This document shows positions 38,001-52,301 of a stretch of DNA of 64,000 bases, piece by piece; position 1 is the stretch's first letter, and each line of letters opens with the position of its first letter. Source of the DNA: Hydrolagus affinis. Taxonomy: Eukaryota. The notes beneath the pieces are model-generated. The model saw only the letters and a program-made list of their open reading frames with translations, did not search any database and was not told the DNA's origin. The stretch covers positions 1 through 64,000 of the forward strand of contig JAAILG010001060.1 in the NCBI GenBank assembly GCA_012026655.1, written 5' to 3'. The position numbers and the translations under genes were made by a program.

Positions 38001-40514
38001 GGGAACTTTTCTTTAATGAAACACATGATTTAACGAAACCCAGATGTTTTGACTAAAAAAGAATACTATTAATTTTTTTGTTGCAATATGCGCACTTTAT
38101 AATCCCCTGTAAAGTCAATCTGGGTGTAAATTTATAGCAAAATCTGTGCACAAGCAAATTAAAATTAGGATGATAAAGTGAAAGAATAAAAGAATAATGT
38201 TCAAATCTCCAAAGAAGCTGTCAGCAAAAGAGATGTAATAGAAGCTATATTAAAGCTTGAAATGATCAACTAATTTATGTGAATCCCTGTCATTTCTAAC
38301 AGAAGGAACAAGCTTCTTTTAGTATGAAGCAAAGCCTGGCCATAGAAAACAAGGCAAGTGCATATGGATAGTCCCTTGATATCGTTCACTTGCCGTGTAA
38401 TCTTATTATGCAAAGTTCTAATCTTCACCTAGAATGAATGCCCCTGGGTCAGAATATAGTCATATCAGGGTTTTGGGGTCATGCTATGTGATCCTTGGCT
38501 TATTCTTCTTAGTAGAGCTGGGATTTGAGAGCATCCCCAGACACTCACAGAAATCAGCAGCAGAATCAACCAGAACCTGCTGCTTGTTTGGAAGACAAGA
38601 CCAACATGAGGTCCCCAGTAGGATTAAACTTGGTTTGTAGCTCTAGGATTTTCTAACAGATGTATTATTGGTCAGGGAATAGAGGCCACCAGCACAGTGA
38701 AATTGGATCACATTTGCCATTCTCATTGCATCCACTGGTTGCTGAAGCGTGTGGATTTTACTTTTTTCAGGTAAAGTGACTTCCAGTCATTTTAAAGACA
38801 TGAGATGAAAAGGCCTGGTGATATTTTTGATGTTTGTAAGATATAGTGGAAATGTAATGGGATTATTGGTAGCACCTTCAAATGTTGGGCACCACCTGGC
38901 AATCTTGCTGCCAGTGACTGGGAAATAATCCTTTCCTATTCTCTTAGATCTCAGTCAGGGGCTCAAAGTGATTTCTATTTTAGTGTTAAATTTGAATGTA
39001 TGCTGTGTAAGAACCCATTGCAACTTATTAGTTACAATATATAAACTGAAAGCCACAATGTACATCTTTCTATGTTAAGTTAGCACAATTCAGAGTATCA
39101 TTTTGTATTTTCATTCTTCATTAAACAGATTTTGTATATAAACATGAAACAGTTGAATAATATTTTGGTCATCGAGGGAAATATTCTAATTACATTGTGG
39201 CATTAAATAAAGAAAATTCAAAATCCATAAATCCCAACTAATTTAGTCCCTATGTAATACTGTTTATTTCTTCAGTGAAGAATTCTAAAAAATGTTAATG
39301 GACGTATCCATTCGTATCATATTGCTAAGTGGTATTATTGTGTAGCTGCTGTATTAATAATTATTAGTCACATTCTAATGTCAATGAAGAAATGCAATAC
39401 TGTATATGGTGCTCTATTGCAGCCACTAACACTATTTAAATACTCTTGATACCAATCTCTGTTACTTTTACTTTTTCCAAGACAATCTAGCAATATAACT
39501 TACCCCAACTGATTCTCAGAACTTGCATGCTTGTGTTCAGATTGTTCCCTTATTTCCCCAAATCATAGTACTCACATGACATTAGCTTTTTTTTCTCGGA
39601 CCTTAGATCTTCAGTGTGTAAATACTGACTATTTGAAGAGACAAACTCCTTTGACACTCACAGCTTCCTGATTAAACCAATTTTATTATTAAGACTTTCA
39701 CTTAATACTGATTTACACTAATTTCAGACACATACAGATTGATTCTAACTATCATTCACACATGAACCTACTATGATTTCCATTGCAGTGTCCTACTTCA
39801 TTCATTGCGGTCTTTTCTCTGTGTTGCTTTGTTTCAGAGGCCCACCCCCAACTTTGTCACAGAATGACCAACAGTATTGACTCCACCCCATGAATTTCTT
39901 GGTGTGTCAGGAATGATCCTTTTTGGAAACAAAATACAGGAAAAAATCGATCAAGATAATTTTCCTGATCATTGGGTCCTGTCATTATTGTGAAAGCCTC
40001 ATTGAAAAAAAATTAAAAACTGCAATTTTGCTGCAAGTTGAAAGTGCCACTATATCCCACAAATATACAGTCAATTCACTTTACAGTATATTCTGTGAAG
40101 CGCTTTGAGACGTCGATAAGGTGTGAAAAGCGCTGTATCAAATGCAAGGATTATTATTAATGCCACTTATCTTAGATCAGCCACTCACCATAGACAGGAT
40201 CAAACCTGGGCCTTCAGAGTTACATGGCTTAGCTATTCATTGCACCAATTCGCTCTTGCATAGCAAACCACAAAATACACAGTAGATTCTTTGAGATGCA
40301 TTAAGGCGCAATATCAAATGCTAGGCTTATTATTATAGTTTTAATGAATTTTCTGATACTGTTGTATTGGTTGATATAAATATTTAAGACATTCAGTTTC
40401 AAATTGATAAAATAAATGTGATATTGATAAAAACTATTTCTGAGCATTTGATAATACATTATCTTTTTATTTTGGATTCCAGGAATTGGACAATTTATGC
40501 AGAGTGGACCTGTC

Positions 40515-40619
40515 ATGTTAACAAGATTATTTAGAAGAGTCCTGGGGTTAGCAGGCTTTACTATTCAATATGGTTGCATTGTGCACTGCACTTTTGAGTA
40601 CCTTGGAGAAATCGTTATG
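40515..40619 (+). CDS. IMMP1L: Mitochondrial inner membrane protease subunit 1, first coding exon (MLTRLFRRVLGLAGFTIQYGCIVHCTFEYLGEIVM); exon begins at 40483
   Basis: Acceptor TTCCAG ending 40482, ATG at 40515, donor ATG|GTATGT. The TIQYGCIxHCxFEY motif matches vertebrate IMMP1L. Confidence 0.95.
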
Positions 40620-41689
40620 GTATGTTTCTGATACATAACAAACTACTCTAGTACTGGAAAATATTTTGTTGTATACCTTAAAATAGACAAATATCATTCT
40701 TACATACTCGTAATGAGCAAGAATTATATTAGAGCTAATTTTAATGAGCTTTCATCTTGAGAATATTTGCTAAAGGTGTGGAAAGCTTGTGCTTAATAGG
40801 ATCGAGAAATAACACAGCAGAGGACCAGGTAACTTAATCAAATTATGATCTGTTGCTGTTAGTCCTCATAATGTTCTTTCCTCACTTTGGTTGGAATTTC
40901 TATCCTTACCTATTGAGTATAAGTCAAATATGTCAGAAAACATTGTTTAAAGGAAGCCTGTGATACAATCGGCAATGACATTTGCTGATGCGGAATCAAA
41001 AGCAATGTTTTTTCCTCAGTTCTGGTCAGTGTTTTCAAGCATTAGATAATGATTATTCATTGTTAGCATCAGCAGTAAAACATCCTTCTGCCTCAAAGTC
41101 TGTCATAATAGAATTATCCCTAAGGGTTTGTCATAGAGTATTTTTTATATTTGATATTTACTAATAATCTTCCTACTGTCAGTCTTGAGCACTGGACTGA
41201 GAATCCTCATGTTATATAAAGTAGAAAGTCTTCCTGTAAGATTGCCAGTTGTATGAGGTGAGAGTCCAACAGTGCAGATTTGTTAAATAGTATTGCGTCA
41301 ATTAAAACTGTCTGTCTGCTTGCTGTCGGTCTCAGTTTACTATAGGGGAAGCAACATAACTGGACACTTTGGAGCTAGTTTAACCACCGTTTACTTCAAT
41401 GCACAAGGACTTCTATTTCACACTTCTCATTTTAGGAACCAATGACCTGAACCTCAGATGATTCAGTTACTAGGGAAGACAAGTTATGGATTTGTGAGTG
41501 ATATTTAGATATACTGTATCTGCAGTCTACAGTTTGAATCAGTTTGAATTAGTATTGCCATCCCCTGTGCCCTCAAAACTCATGATTAATCCTCCAAAAT
41601 TTACTTCTGGAATCAAAAGCCTCTTTCCTTGTGCAGAAAATCAATATTCATTTTAAACCATATTGAGTTATTTTCTTCTTATGTTCCAG

Positions 41690-41778
41690 TGCTCTGGCCC
41701 CTCCATGGAGCCTACAATTAAGACGTATGATGTAATTATCTGTGAAAGACTCAGTCGACAGTTTTACCGCATTGACAA
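41690..41778 (+). CDS. IMMP1L: IMMP1L coding exon 2 (89 nt; CSGPSMEPTIKTYDVIICERLSRQFYRID-K) with the catalytic Ser
   Basis: Acceptor TGTTCCAG, donor CAA|GTAAGT. GPSMEPT is the peptidase S26 catalytic-Ser motif. Confidence 0.97.
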
Positions 41779-42202
41779 GTAAGTTATCAGTTTGTAAGAA
41801 ATCTCTTTATCACTAAATAGCTATCTAGAGTTCAAAAAATGATTTCAGAATATTTCATATCACTAAGTATTCATGAAGATTCCTTTGATGGGCCTATTCA
41901 AATTTGAAAAGTTGCAGGGAAATAAATTGTATAAGTTGTGTTGGAAATATAATGCTCTATTGTTTAATTCAATATATACTGGAAAAGAGTAAACTGTACT
42001 GCATTTAGCATTTTCCTTACAAAGTAATATTTTCAAAAGCTTGCGACTTTGCATTTATAAAGACAGTCACACACTTAGAGAATACCACACAAGCCCCAGT
42101 ATACTACCACCTTTAAAGGAAGATACTGTACAACTGACTGCACAACACATGTGAATTGTGAATAAATATATGTTGCTGATATTGTTTGGATTATGTTCTC
42201 AG

Positions 42203-42329
42203 AGGTGACATTATAATTGCTAAAAATCCAAACAACCCCAAGATGAGCATTTGCAAAAGACTGATTGGTCTGGAAGGAGACAAAGTGTACACCGGTGACC
42301 CACATGATCTATTTAGGAGTCACATATAT
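42203..42329 (+). CDS. IMMP1L: IMMP1L coding exon 3 (127 nt; GDIIIAKNPNNPKMSICKRLIGLEGDKVYTGDPHDLFRSHIY) with the catalytic Lys
   Basis: Acceptor GTTCTCAG, donor TAT|GTGAGT. CKRxIGLEGD motif; lies within ORF 42186..42422. Confidence 0.97.
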
Positions 42330-45300
42330 GTGAGTATCTTTATGCTGCGATTTAACAATTACATAGAAACAGAGGTTGCAACAACACACATATTTCAGTC
42401 CTTCCTTTGGTTTGTTACTTAGATCCAAATAGATGATCCACTCGGTATGTTTATGTCTTTACCTTGATGCTATGCCTTTCTCCACCTGTTAAACCAAAAA
42501 AGAGTGTGAAAAAATATACAATGCTTCTGTCCGTGCTTTAACTAACATGGTATGGGCTAGGATATCTAAGTGGGAAGTAGTTACTGCTTAAATTACCTTA
42601 GGTCATAGCTTCCTTTGTGTATAATTGTGTGCTAGAGCTCTCTTCTGGTGTAGTGGAAATACCTGTCTTTTCACTCAGGGAATAGAGAATGATGTGGTTT
42701 GGTGATTGCTGAGAAAATTGGAATTTGAGGATTCCGTTTATAAAATAAACAAAGACTGAGAAGGAATTGCCACATATCTAGTAGGAGTTTTGAATGAGAG
42801 GATGCAAAAAATCTTGTATACTACAATAATTGACATCTTGCTAAACATGTTATGTTAAAATTATGTTAAAATGGGTTTACACCATATAATTCTATAATGT
42901 GCGTTTGCCTTATGAAATGCTGTAAATTAATCAGTGTTTGTCACAGGCTGGTCTGTAAGCTACTGAATTTCACCTGCAGGCCAGATACTCCCACTGGACC
43001 CTTGTTTTGTAATTTTCAATAAATATATATGAAATGCAGTAAGATACCAGAGGCTGAAAGCTTTAATTGCGGCTGAGAGAACAGATAATAATCATAATTT
43101 TAATGTACGTACTTCAGTTCAGGGCAGCTCCATTAGTATCTAGTATTTCAGATCCCAAACATGAAATTATAACAGGATCTGTGGAAAAAAAATTGCCTTG
43201 CTGTCCTGCTTCTGGGTTGTTATAGTTCACTGCAGTGTGCAGTTGACCACAGCAGCATAACCTGAAGAGTGGCCTTTATTTAGCCTGAGAAGCTGGCTAG
43301 TCAGCACCAGAATCCAGGTTTATTACACTTTCTGGCACAGCGAAGATCCATAGGAGACCTGCAGTATAAGTGACCCACACTCAATCAGTGCGCATTCTGA
43401 AAGAGAGGGCCATCCTGGATAATCTTGACTTCAATAAATACAAAATGTTTTCCAAAGTATTGAAAAAGAAGTGTAGAAAATAAGTTGTTTTTCCACTGAA
43501 GGTGAATGTGATGCATAACCTACAATGGATGCACGGTGTCAGTTGGTAAAAATATAATGTAACGACTGTATTTCTGCCAAGTCATGACGCCTTCTTGGAA
43601 AATAGAATGTTCTTATTAAATTTACCAATGTGAGCTACATTTGCATTTCTAGCCCTCCAGACTATTTGGAGCAGAACCATTTTCTGATGAACCTATTCTC
43701 AGGGATGTTTGGTATCTCAGATCGTTTGAGCTTATTGTTCTGTTGGTTTATAAATTTTGGCGCTGAACAAATTGCTGACACTTGATATACCTATGTTTCA
43801 CATGCACTCGAATTTTATAACTAGCAGTAAGGATCAGGGCAATTAGGTTGGTGTAAAATGCAAGTTTTTAGTAATTTGAGGCATCAATTAATTTGTAAAT
43901 GGTAAATTTGGATATCCTGAGAAATAGTTTAGAGTGTTTAACTGAGAGCTGATTTGTATTTGTTATTCAGAAAATATTTGCAGTATTAGACTGTACACTT
44001 GTTACTAAAAAAAAACCAAAAAGAGTCAATTGCATTAAGCTAAGCAGTTATCTGCTATTGTAAGCAATTTGAAATATTTTCCTTGTATTTCTTTGCATGG
44101 GAAGTGATTTTGAAAATGATGATAAGTGATCACATATAACATATAATAATTAATAATTGTGGCTAAAGTGTAGGGAATGAGGAATCTCTATTATAAAATA
44201 TATCCTTTAGTAGAAACGAATATATCGGATGCAAGGCTTATTATTGTAACATTCGCTTACAATGGTGGTGTCTGGTCTTGTGTAGTTCTGAGAGAGCTTG
44301 CAGGTCTGTCCGAAGTACCCACCCCATTAAACTCTGGGTGATGCTCTGGGATTCACCTGGCTCCTCCTTGAAACACAAGCCACTGAAGCCATGTGACAAC
44401 TGAGTAGGTGGGGATTCACTGCTGAGGTGAAAGATATATTCACAAATATATTTTTCCAGTGGAAATAATTTTGAACAGAAAGTAGAAAAGAGCGTCGGGA
44501 TCATCAAGTTATTTCTGCAATCTTCAATGTAATTGTACGGTGTAGGTCACTAATTGTATGACCCTTCAGTCCTAAAGTCCTACTTAATCAAGTAAATAGA
44601 CTGTAAAATTGAAACCTTGGGTCATCTGGAGTAACAAAACCAGGTTAATATGTAATTTGAACATTCATTGCTAGCTATATGATTGGCTTTGAAAGCACTG
44701 ATATTTAATCAAGGATTATAATTAAAATGTTTCTTGTCTAAAAACTACTGCTTTCATTACCTTTGCTTTTAAAACAATTTACATTAGCTTTAGGCCTCAC
44801 CTTGCCATATGTTCTGGGTTGCAAAGGTTCTGGTTTATTTTGCCTCCTCTGTTCACAGAGCCATCAGATTAAAATACTCTCAGCATCATAAACTGTTGAT
44901 AGAATAAACCCACTTGTCACTTAAACAGGAGGAGAACGAGATAATGTCACTTTATTCACCCAGGATCTGTAAATAAGGAACTGCGTCTCTTGCCACTCAC
45001 AGTGATAAAGGACCGAGCGACGCGTGTGTTTCACAGCAATGGTTTCTTCACAATCAATCACAGCAAACTGCTAATGTCCTAGCATTCGCTGATGTGGGAG
45101 AAATGTGTTTACTCTTGTGCTAAAGTGGAGTTCATTGCTGAGGTGACACAGCCCATTCATCCTGGAAGTCTATGACTAACATAATTGTGTATGAAGGTAA
45201 ATGTCACTCTGTTAGTTTATGGATGGGGTGGGGGGAGGAAGAGCAAGGCTTACCCAGAGCATTTAACCCTGAAGCAGTCGTCTATGTCAAACACAACATC

Positions 45301-45867
45301 TGCCTGTGGTGTTTATAGCTGAGATTGCTTGTTGATGTGGATATCGGTTAACACAAGTAGTACATATATACTGCTTGTCAGTAAGTGTAATAGGATCCAT
45401 TGCTACTCGCCTGTTAGATTAAAAAATATTGTTGGGATTAGTTTGCTTTAGAAACCAAACATACTTCTCACCTTAGACTTATCTTGGTAGTAAATTGTAA
45501 CTTTTTTTTGCTTAGTTAATGGTGCTTTTGCATTTACCTCAAACGTTGGTTCCTTATTGAATATTTAATCTTTTATCTAAATAATATCTCAATGTATGAC
45601 TCTTTAGTATTGAATTAGCAATAAATAGAAATAATAATCTCTCTATGTACTTTATAATATTGAAAACCTAAAATGAACTATTCCCGTCACTTCACCAATC
45701 TTTCTGGCTTCTCTACACATCGATAACAACAACAAAAAAATTACACTTGTATAGCGACTTTCACGTCAGGAGGACGTCCCAAGGCGCTGGACAATCACTG
45801 ATTAACCTCTCAACCTCTCGAGGCGGGCATCATTTTAGTAAATCTCTGCTGTATCTTCCATCCTTAG

Positions 45868-46260
45868 TTTACACTAAATCCTCCAACTCTGCAGCCCGTG
45901 TCCTCTCCCACACCAGGCTCTGCGACCCTATCACCTTCACCTGATGCCACTGTCTCCCCATCACACAGAGGATACAGTTCAGGATCCTGGTCCTCACTTT
46001 CAAAGCCCTCCATGGCCTTGCTCCCTTCTGCATCTGCGACCTCCTAAACCACTTCCAAGTTTCCTGCTCCTTCCGCACAGCCTGCTTTCACGTCCACCGT
46101 CTCGCACATCCACTTCCATTGATGGATGGGCCTTCAGCCACTGCCCCTCCCTCTGGAACTCCATTCCGCATTCCCTCCGCCTCACCCCCTCCCGTGCCTC
46201 ATTCAAGACCCTTCTCTTCGACCATGACTTTGGTCACTCTTTTTCCCCACCCTCTCTGAC
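45868..46260 (+). mobile_element. L2-clade LINE ORF2 C-terminal fragment (inactive); an opposite-strand LINE/SINE tail abuts at ~45725-45790
   Basis: Translates NSAARVLSHTRLCDPITFT*CHCLPITQRIQFRILVLTFKALHGLAP, the typical L2 NSAAR...HWLP...FKALHGLAP region, with an in-frame stop. Confidence 0.85.
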
Positions 46261-49200
46261 CCAGACCCGCAGCTTGGATTTGAAATTGTCTAATTGTCCA
46301 GCTACTTGGCAGATCCTCCTGATTTGAAAGGTGCTGACCCAGGCGCACATGAAGCTGACGTCCATTCCATAATGGAGCACCCAAAACTGAGAGCAATACT
46401 TTAACAGTGTCTTGTACAAACTAACATTCCCACTTAATTACAGTTATTGGAACCATCTTCAAAATGCGATAAATCATTCAAAACCTATTTCAGTTCAAAC
46501 CCCAAGCTGGCCGCAAACCAGATGGTGAGATCCAAGCTATTTTTCAATGTAAATCTGGTGATTGGCCAAAGTTAAGAGTGATAGACTACCAGGGGCAGGT
46601 TTCTGTTGAAATTCAAAGAGAGTTGGGAGCAGATCACCTACCATTTTGTCCGTGGGGAGACAAACATAAAGGAGAAAAGTGTATAAATGGAAGGAGGAAT
46701 CCTTTTAAAGAAAACTAATTTGTGTACTTCATGACAAGTAGTTTGAACTTTGAAACACAATCCTTCTAGGAAAGTAAATTTGCCGCAATGTAACAGTAGA
46801 CGACAGTCCATTTTGCAGCAATGTAACAGTAATGCTTTGAGGTTAATGGTCCTCATTTAATTAGTTAGTCAAAGACATGAATTTCATTACAGTGCCAACC
46901 CTTTGCAGGATAATATTTTACTTCCTTTCGTTGTTTAGCACTTTAATCAAGAAAGGTAGCACCTGTGGTTTATTCCCCCAAAAAACTTTTCCTTTGTTAA
47001 ATGAACACCCGCAGGCTATGAGGCAATCACATTTGTGGCCATGAAGCCAGCAATGAAGGCATTTTGTAAGATCTCAGCAAGGATAAGGCAGAAAGGGGAA
47101 CTGTTTCTTTTGTTACACATCAAAATTAGGTTTCGCTGAAGTTTAAAGAACAGAATGGGTGCCCTAACTGAAATATTTTTCTACCTTTGATTTCCCCTAA
47201 AAGTGAAAAGAGATCAGAAGTGTTTATGTTTTAGGGTTCTAGGGCCCGTTTGGCTGGTTATTGAGTTTCAGTTATATTGAAATGGAAACCATGGGATAAG
47301 CTTCGCAAAGCGTCTATGAAAAGGAATTGTGGCTGTGTTAAAATTAACCGAATAACACACTTCTGTTGTTAGCAATAGCAATTGCAATGAAGTTATTCAC
47401 CATGTTGTCATTATTTTGGTAACCAATGCTCTTTGCTGTTACATTTAGTAATCTAAGCTTTTGGTGGCTATGTTTGTTAAATTGATTTCGCCAGACTTAA
47501 ACTGAAATGGGTCAATGGATAACTTAACTGAACCAACATTTTTTCAGGCTTGACAAGATATGAAATCATCTTTCTATACACAGCATCAATATTGGATTTG
47601 GTTGAGAATAGCAAATTTGACAGTTTGGTGCCCAAATACACTTGACCAGCATTTAAATTGAAATATGTTTCTGAAACTAGTCCTAAAGAGAAAAGGGGTC
47701 GTTTGAACATTTGCCACCACAAATTCATTTTCAAAAAGTTCAGGTTTCTCAAGTTCTTTTTCTCTGAAATGCTTGGTCTAAACTTTTTGGTTGTCTACCC
47801 TTGAGCTTGTTCGGTACAAGTGTTTGATCTGCAGAAAACTTAAATTGAATTTGCATTATTACCAAATGGATACACAGATATACACAGGCAAGAAAAAGTT
47901 AGAGTTTAAAAGGAGAGGAAACTCAACATCTCTGCGACAGAGATCTGGTACAAGAAATGTTGATTGAGATGTGTAAAGATGTCGTCTAGGTTCACATTTT
48001 TTTTTCCTGTCTATGTATGTGTCAAATCCCATCAGCTGCTCTGCAGGAATTCCTGATGATTTTTGACATTGGTTGTAGGCTTCTCACCGCATCTTACTAT
48101 TGTGTCAGTCAGCACGGCAAATGTCCAGATTTTTTTGTACTAAGGCCAGTCGGGTCAAAAACCTCCACTTCTTGGGAGATTCCGGGCCACCTTAATGAGG
48201 AACTTGACCGGTTCCTTCTATTATTTACCAAGTAAGTTTCACTAAGTGGAGATCATTTTGAGTTAAGTCGTCTAATTGCCTCTAATTAAGATTTATATAA
48301 TAAAAATGCAACAATGTGCAACAACAGCTATATTGATTTTGCTGATTCAGACTTTCTTAGAATTTCTTCTGAAATATTGTGAAATTTAGTTTTAAGAAAT
48401 TATATTGGCTATAAAACTGTGGGATATTTATGATCCACAGCTGAAATGATGTGGACAAAACCCCATGCAATTCATGGGATCAATGTGAAAAACTAGATTT
48501 CATCTCTGTCAACAACCCATTGTCTACAGCTAGTTAATGATGTTATAAAACCAATCTCCACTGGATTGTGTGTGACATTCGACATCAAACTTTAACCTTT
48601 CTGGTATTGACTGGTCTTGACAATTAAACAGCTTGCGTACTGAGTTACCAACAAAAAAACTGCAAGTTATATTACCAGGGTTTGCTCCGTTGGAAATGTT
48701 CAAGTAGGTTTTTTGTAGATGTTTCAAACTAACTTGCTGGATTAATGGAGCTTTGCACATCAACAAGACCTCAATTTTAGGAGATAGGCAATGGGTTGTA
48801 TCTCCAAGCAGCTAGGTATGGTGAACACGGAGATCTTCTCCATCTCAGGGACAATCTGTAGAAGTAAGCAAGCTGTACACATACAGTATTCATTAGAAAT
48901 AAATTTCTTAGAAACACAGGGGTGAATTTTTCTCTCGTTGGGAGGAAAAAGTAGCCCATCAGGCTAGTGTTCTCGCTCCTGATCATTTTAATGTCCAGTG
49001 ACTTCTGCTGAAATGTGCATGTGTCTGTGTGGACTTCAGTCAGGATAATATGATCTGTGCTCTTTGATGAAGGTAGAAAAAGGATTGTGTTGGCTGCAAG
49101 ATAAAATAAAGGAACATTTTTCTTCCAAGTTGTTAGAAACTCAAATTTTAGCTTGGGAATTCGAGGTGATAACTACGTAAGTACAACAATGTACAGCAGT

Positions 49201-52200
49201 TTATCGTGCACACTGATCAACTGGATTGTAACACACTGGCAAATATTTGGTTGTTTTGTTTTCTCGGGAGGACAACCTGCATGTGAACAGAGCAAGTTCA
49301 GCAATGTAGCTGGCAGTGAACTGAAAAATGTGTTCCTGTAGTGAGACAAGTGCTAAGTTGAGGGAAGAAAACAGGAGCAATATTTGGAAAAGACTATGAG
49401 GTTTCGACTGTCCATTAACATTTCACCAAGCCAAATGTGCCAAGATTAGCTCAAAGGTCATCACAAGTGTTTCCTTAATAGATTTTTAAAATTATAACTT
49501 TTTCATGTTTGCTTTTCCATAGAAGCATCATTTTTGTTGAATTGAAAGTTTTAGCTGATTTTATCTGAAGGGCTGTTTTGTTGATGTAGTGCACCTCTGT
49601 AGTAATTTTTCATTTGAACGCTGAACATGTAGGTTAATAAGAATTGATTCTTTGTCATATTTCTCAGGTAACATGAAATTTATGGAACGCTGTATTAGAA
49701 AGTAAATAGAATTAAATGTCCGCACTTGTACCTCATTATAATGTGATGTATGAAACCTAACTGCAATAGAAAGATCAGTGATGTTAGCATGATTGGGTAG
49801 CCTTTCCATACTCTTGTTGCTATTACAGAAATATAGACCCCATCCTAAAGAGATCAATGGCCACTTATCACCTAATGAAAACCTGCTGCTAGAGATAGAA
49901 TAACAACTTAATTTTCTGGGTATTTACAGACTGCATTACTGCCAATCAATATGTATGTGCACTGCTAATGGTGTTTGCTTATCACAATGATATAAAGGAA
50001 AATTTTGCATGCTTCAGCATTCGTATTAACTGACTTATTTAGTGCATATACCTTGAGCCCAGGGTTACCGTGTAATACTGCATACGGAGGTACCCTTTAG
50101 ACCTTATTCATCACTCAATTTTTTCCAGCATTTAACCTCTGATTTGTAACAATGATAATACACACCATATATAGGCAATTAGAGGTTCTTGTCATTTGTA
50201 GGTCTAGATCATTAAGTTGCAGAACATGAAAAGAGACTTTAGCTGGTTCTTGATGACCATTATTAGAATATAACGTGTTGTTCCTGATGCATGTACGGAG
50301 AACCGTGGGCTTAATTAGAGCTCTGACAAGCCCACTCTGATAAAGTGATGAGATTATTCATAATTGATGTCACAATCAATTACCATTTGGTTCTTCACAG
50401 GCCCACTGGCAGGTCTAGCCTTGGTGCAGGCCCCAGGACGCTGATCATTGTATGGCCTCCCTGTTCCTGCTGTGGCTGTGACAGCAGGCCAGATCTTTCA
50501 TGAAAATTCTAATAACCCCTTTTGAAGTCTAATAAATTAATGACCTTGTCATGTTGCTCTAACCCTTGTAGCTTCATCCTGAATTTTTTTTTATATCATT
50601 AACTAGCTTTTTGTAGAACAGGGGACAGAGCAAGCACTCTTGACATATTCTCATTGTCTGAGCCGATGCAGTAGTACAGTAGGCTGTTAATTATTTATAA
50701 ACACAGACAAGAATTTGCTTTAGGAGGGTTAAAATAGCCCACAATAGCATTCTTACTCAAAACAACAAACAATGTTGATTGAGTGCTGTTTTCTAAAGCT
50801 GTTTTGTAAAATAACACAGACTATCTCCGGTTTTAAACGCAATGAATGCCCATTCATTTTACCACTCGAAATGTTGGGGCCAATGAGGAATGCTATCTGG
50901 CTTCCCCGGTCAATGTTCTTGTCCAGTCACACATTCTAGCGTTAGGCAATGTCATAGTCTTGCACATGGAATGATGATGCAAATCTTATTATTAATTTCC
51001 TGAAATAAGACGTTGGGGTCAAATCCAACATTTGGATACTGGAATTCTTGCATTAATTGTAACACTTAACAGCAGAGTCCAACAAAGGGTCATGAGCAAA
51101 ATGTGAAGGACCAACTGAACTACTGAGAGAAGTAGTTTCTGAATTTTATGAAAAGCAGAAGTGCTTCTGTTTAAGAGAATGTTTACTAAAGTTTAAACTC
51201 AAATCAAACATTGCCCAGGACCTGCAATTTACATTACTGCACAACTCCCATTGTTTAAGTGTAGTTACACATGCATTGAGCGAGGATAGCAGAGAATTGG
51301 TTGAGCATATTGATGGCGCTTACTGACTGGTAAAGTTTAACATTGCCACTGCTAACTTTATTATGGAGTTAATTCTGAAATCAATTTGATATGATTTTGA
51401 CAGTCCCAACTGGGTAGAAGATGACCTTGTTCCCCTTTGCTTCATATCCTGCTCCATTAATCATGCTTTAATTAGCCTTAATCACATTACAAAACTCTTA
51501 GAATGTGTTAATGATCTGTTCATAACTGATGCCAAAATATTGTTCTGTCTTACTTCCACATCAGAAATATGCCCTGGTCATTAATGCATGATTGAATCAA
51601 ACTGCTTTGATCTTATTTGACCATGCCACTTGTGTTAATATTTATTTAATATTATAAAACATTTAATATTTCTGTCTGTACTGAAAGACTGATATGACCC
51701 CTTTCCTTCCTCCCAAATTTGGCACAATGGATAGGCCCAAGGATTGTCCCGAGAGGTTTGTTCAGTACCACTCTTGGTGACCTGTTATTGCTCATACAAT
51801 TGCGAACGGCTCCACTGCCTCTGTGTACTCTAATCCTAATGTCTTGGTATTTAATGTGCCAACATGCTTTCCTCACTGAGTCATTTTTTTTTACTATATT
51901 CTTTTCAATTGTGCAGTTGATTTGAACACAGCACTGTCATTGATCTGCCTGCAGTGCACATGTGATAGACAGCAGTGAGGTTGCTAACTGTGCAGAAGTC
52001 CATCACTGCAGTGGGCTTCTCTGCTGGTTGCAAAAGAATGGCGTTGTGAAGAGTGGCTGCTAAACAGCCATGTGACCTTCCCTTAAACCTTTCGCCCACA
52101 AATATACAGTCAATTCACTTTACAGTCTCTTATGTGAAGCGCTTTGAGACATCAATAAGATGTGAAAAGCCGCTATGTCAAATGCAAGGATTATTCTTAT

Positions 52201-52301
52201 TATTATCAGTAGTGTTTGTGAATGTGTTTGGATTAACTTGTTTTCTCCACATACTGCAATGCAGTTCAATATTTTTTACATAATTGTCTTATTTGGTTTA
52301 G

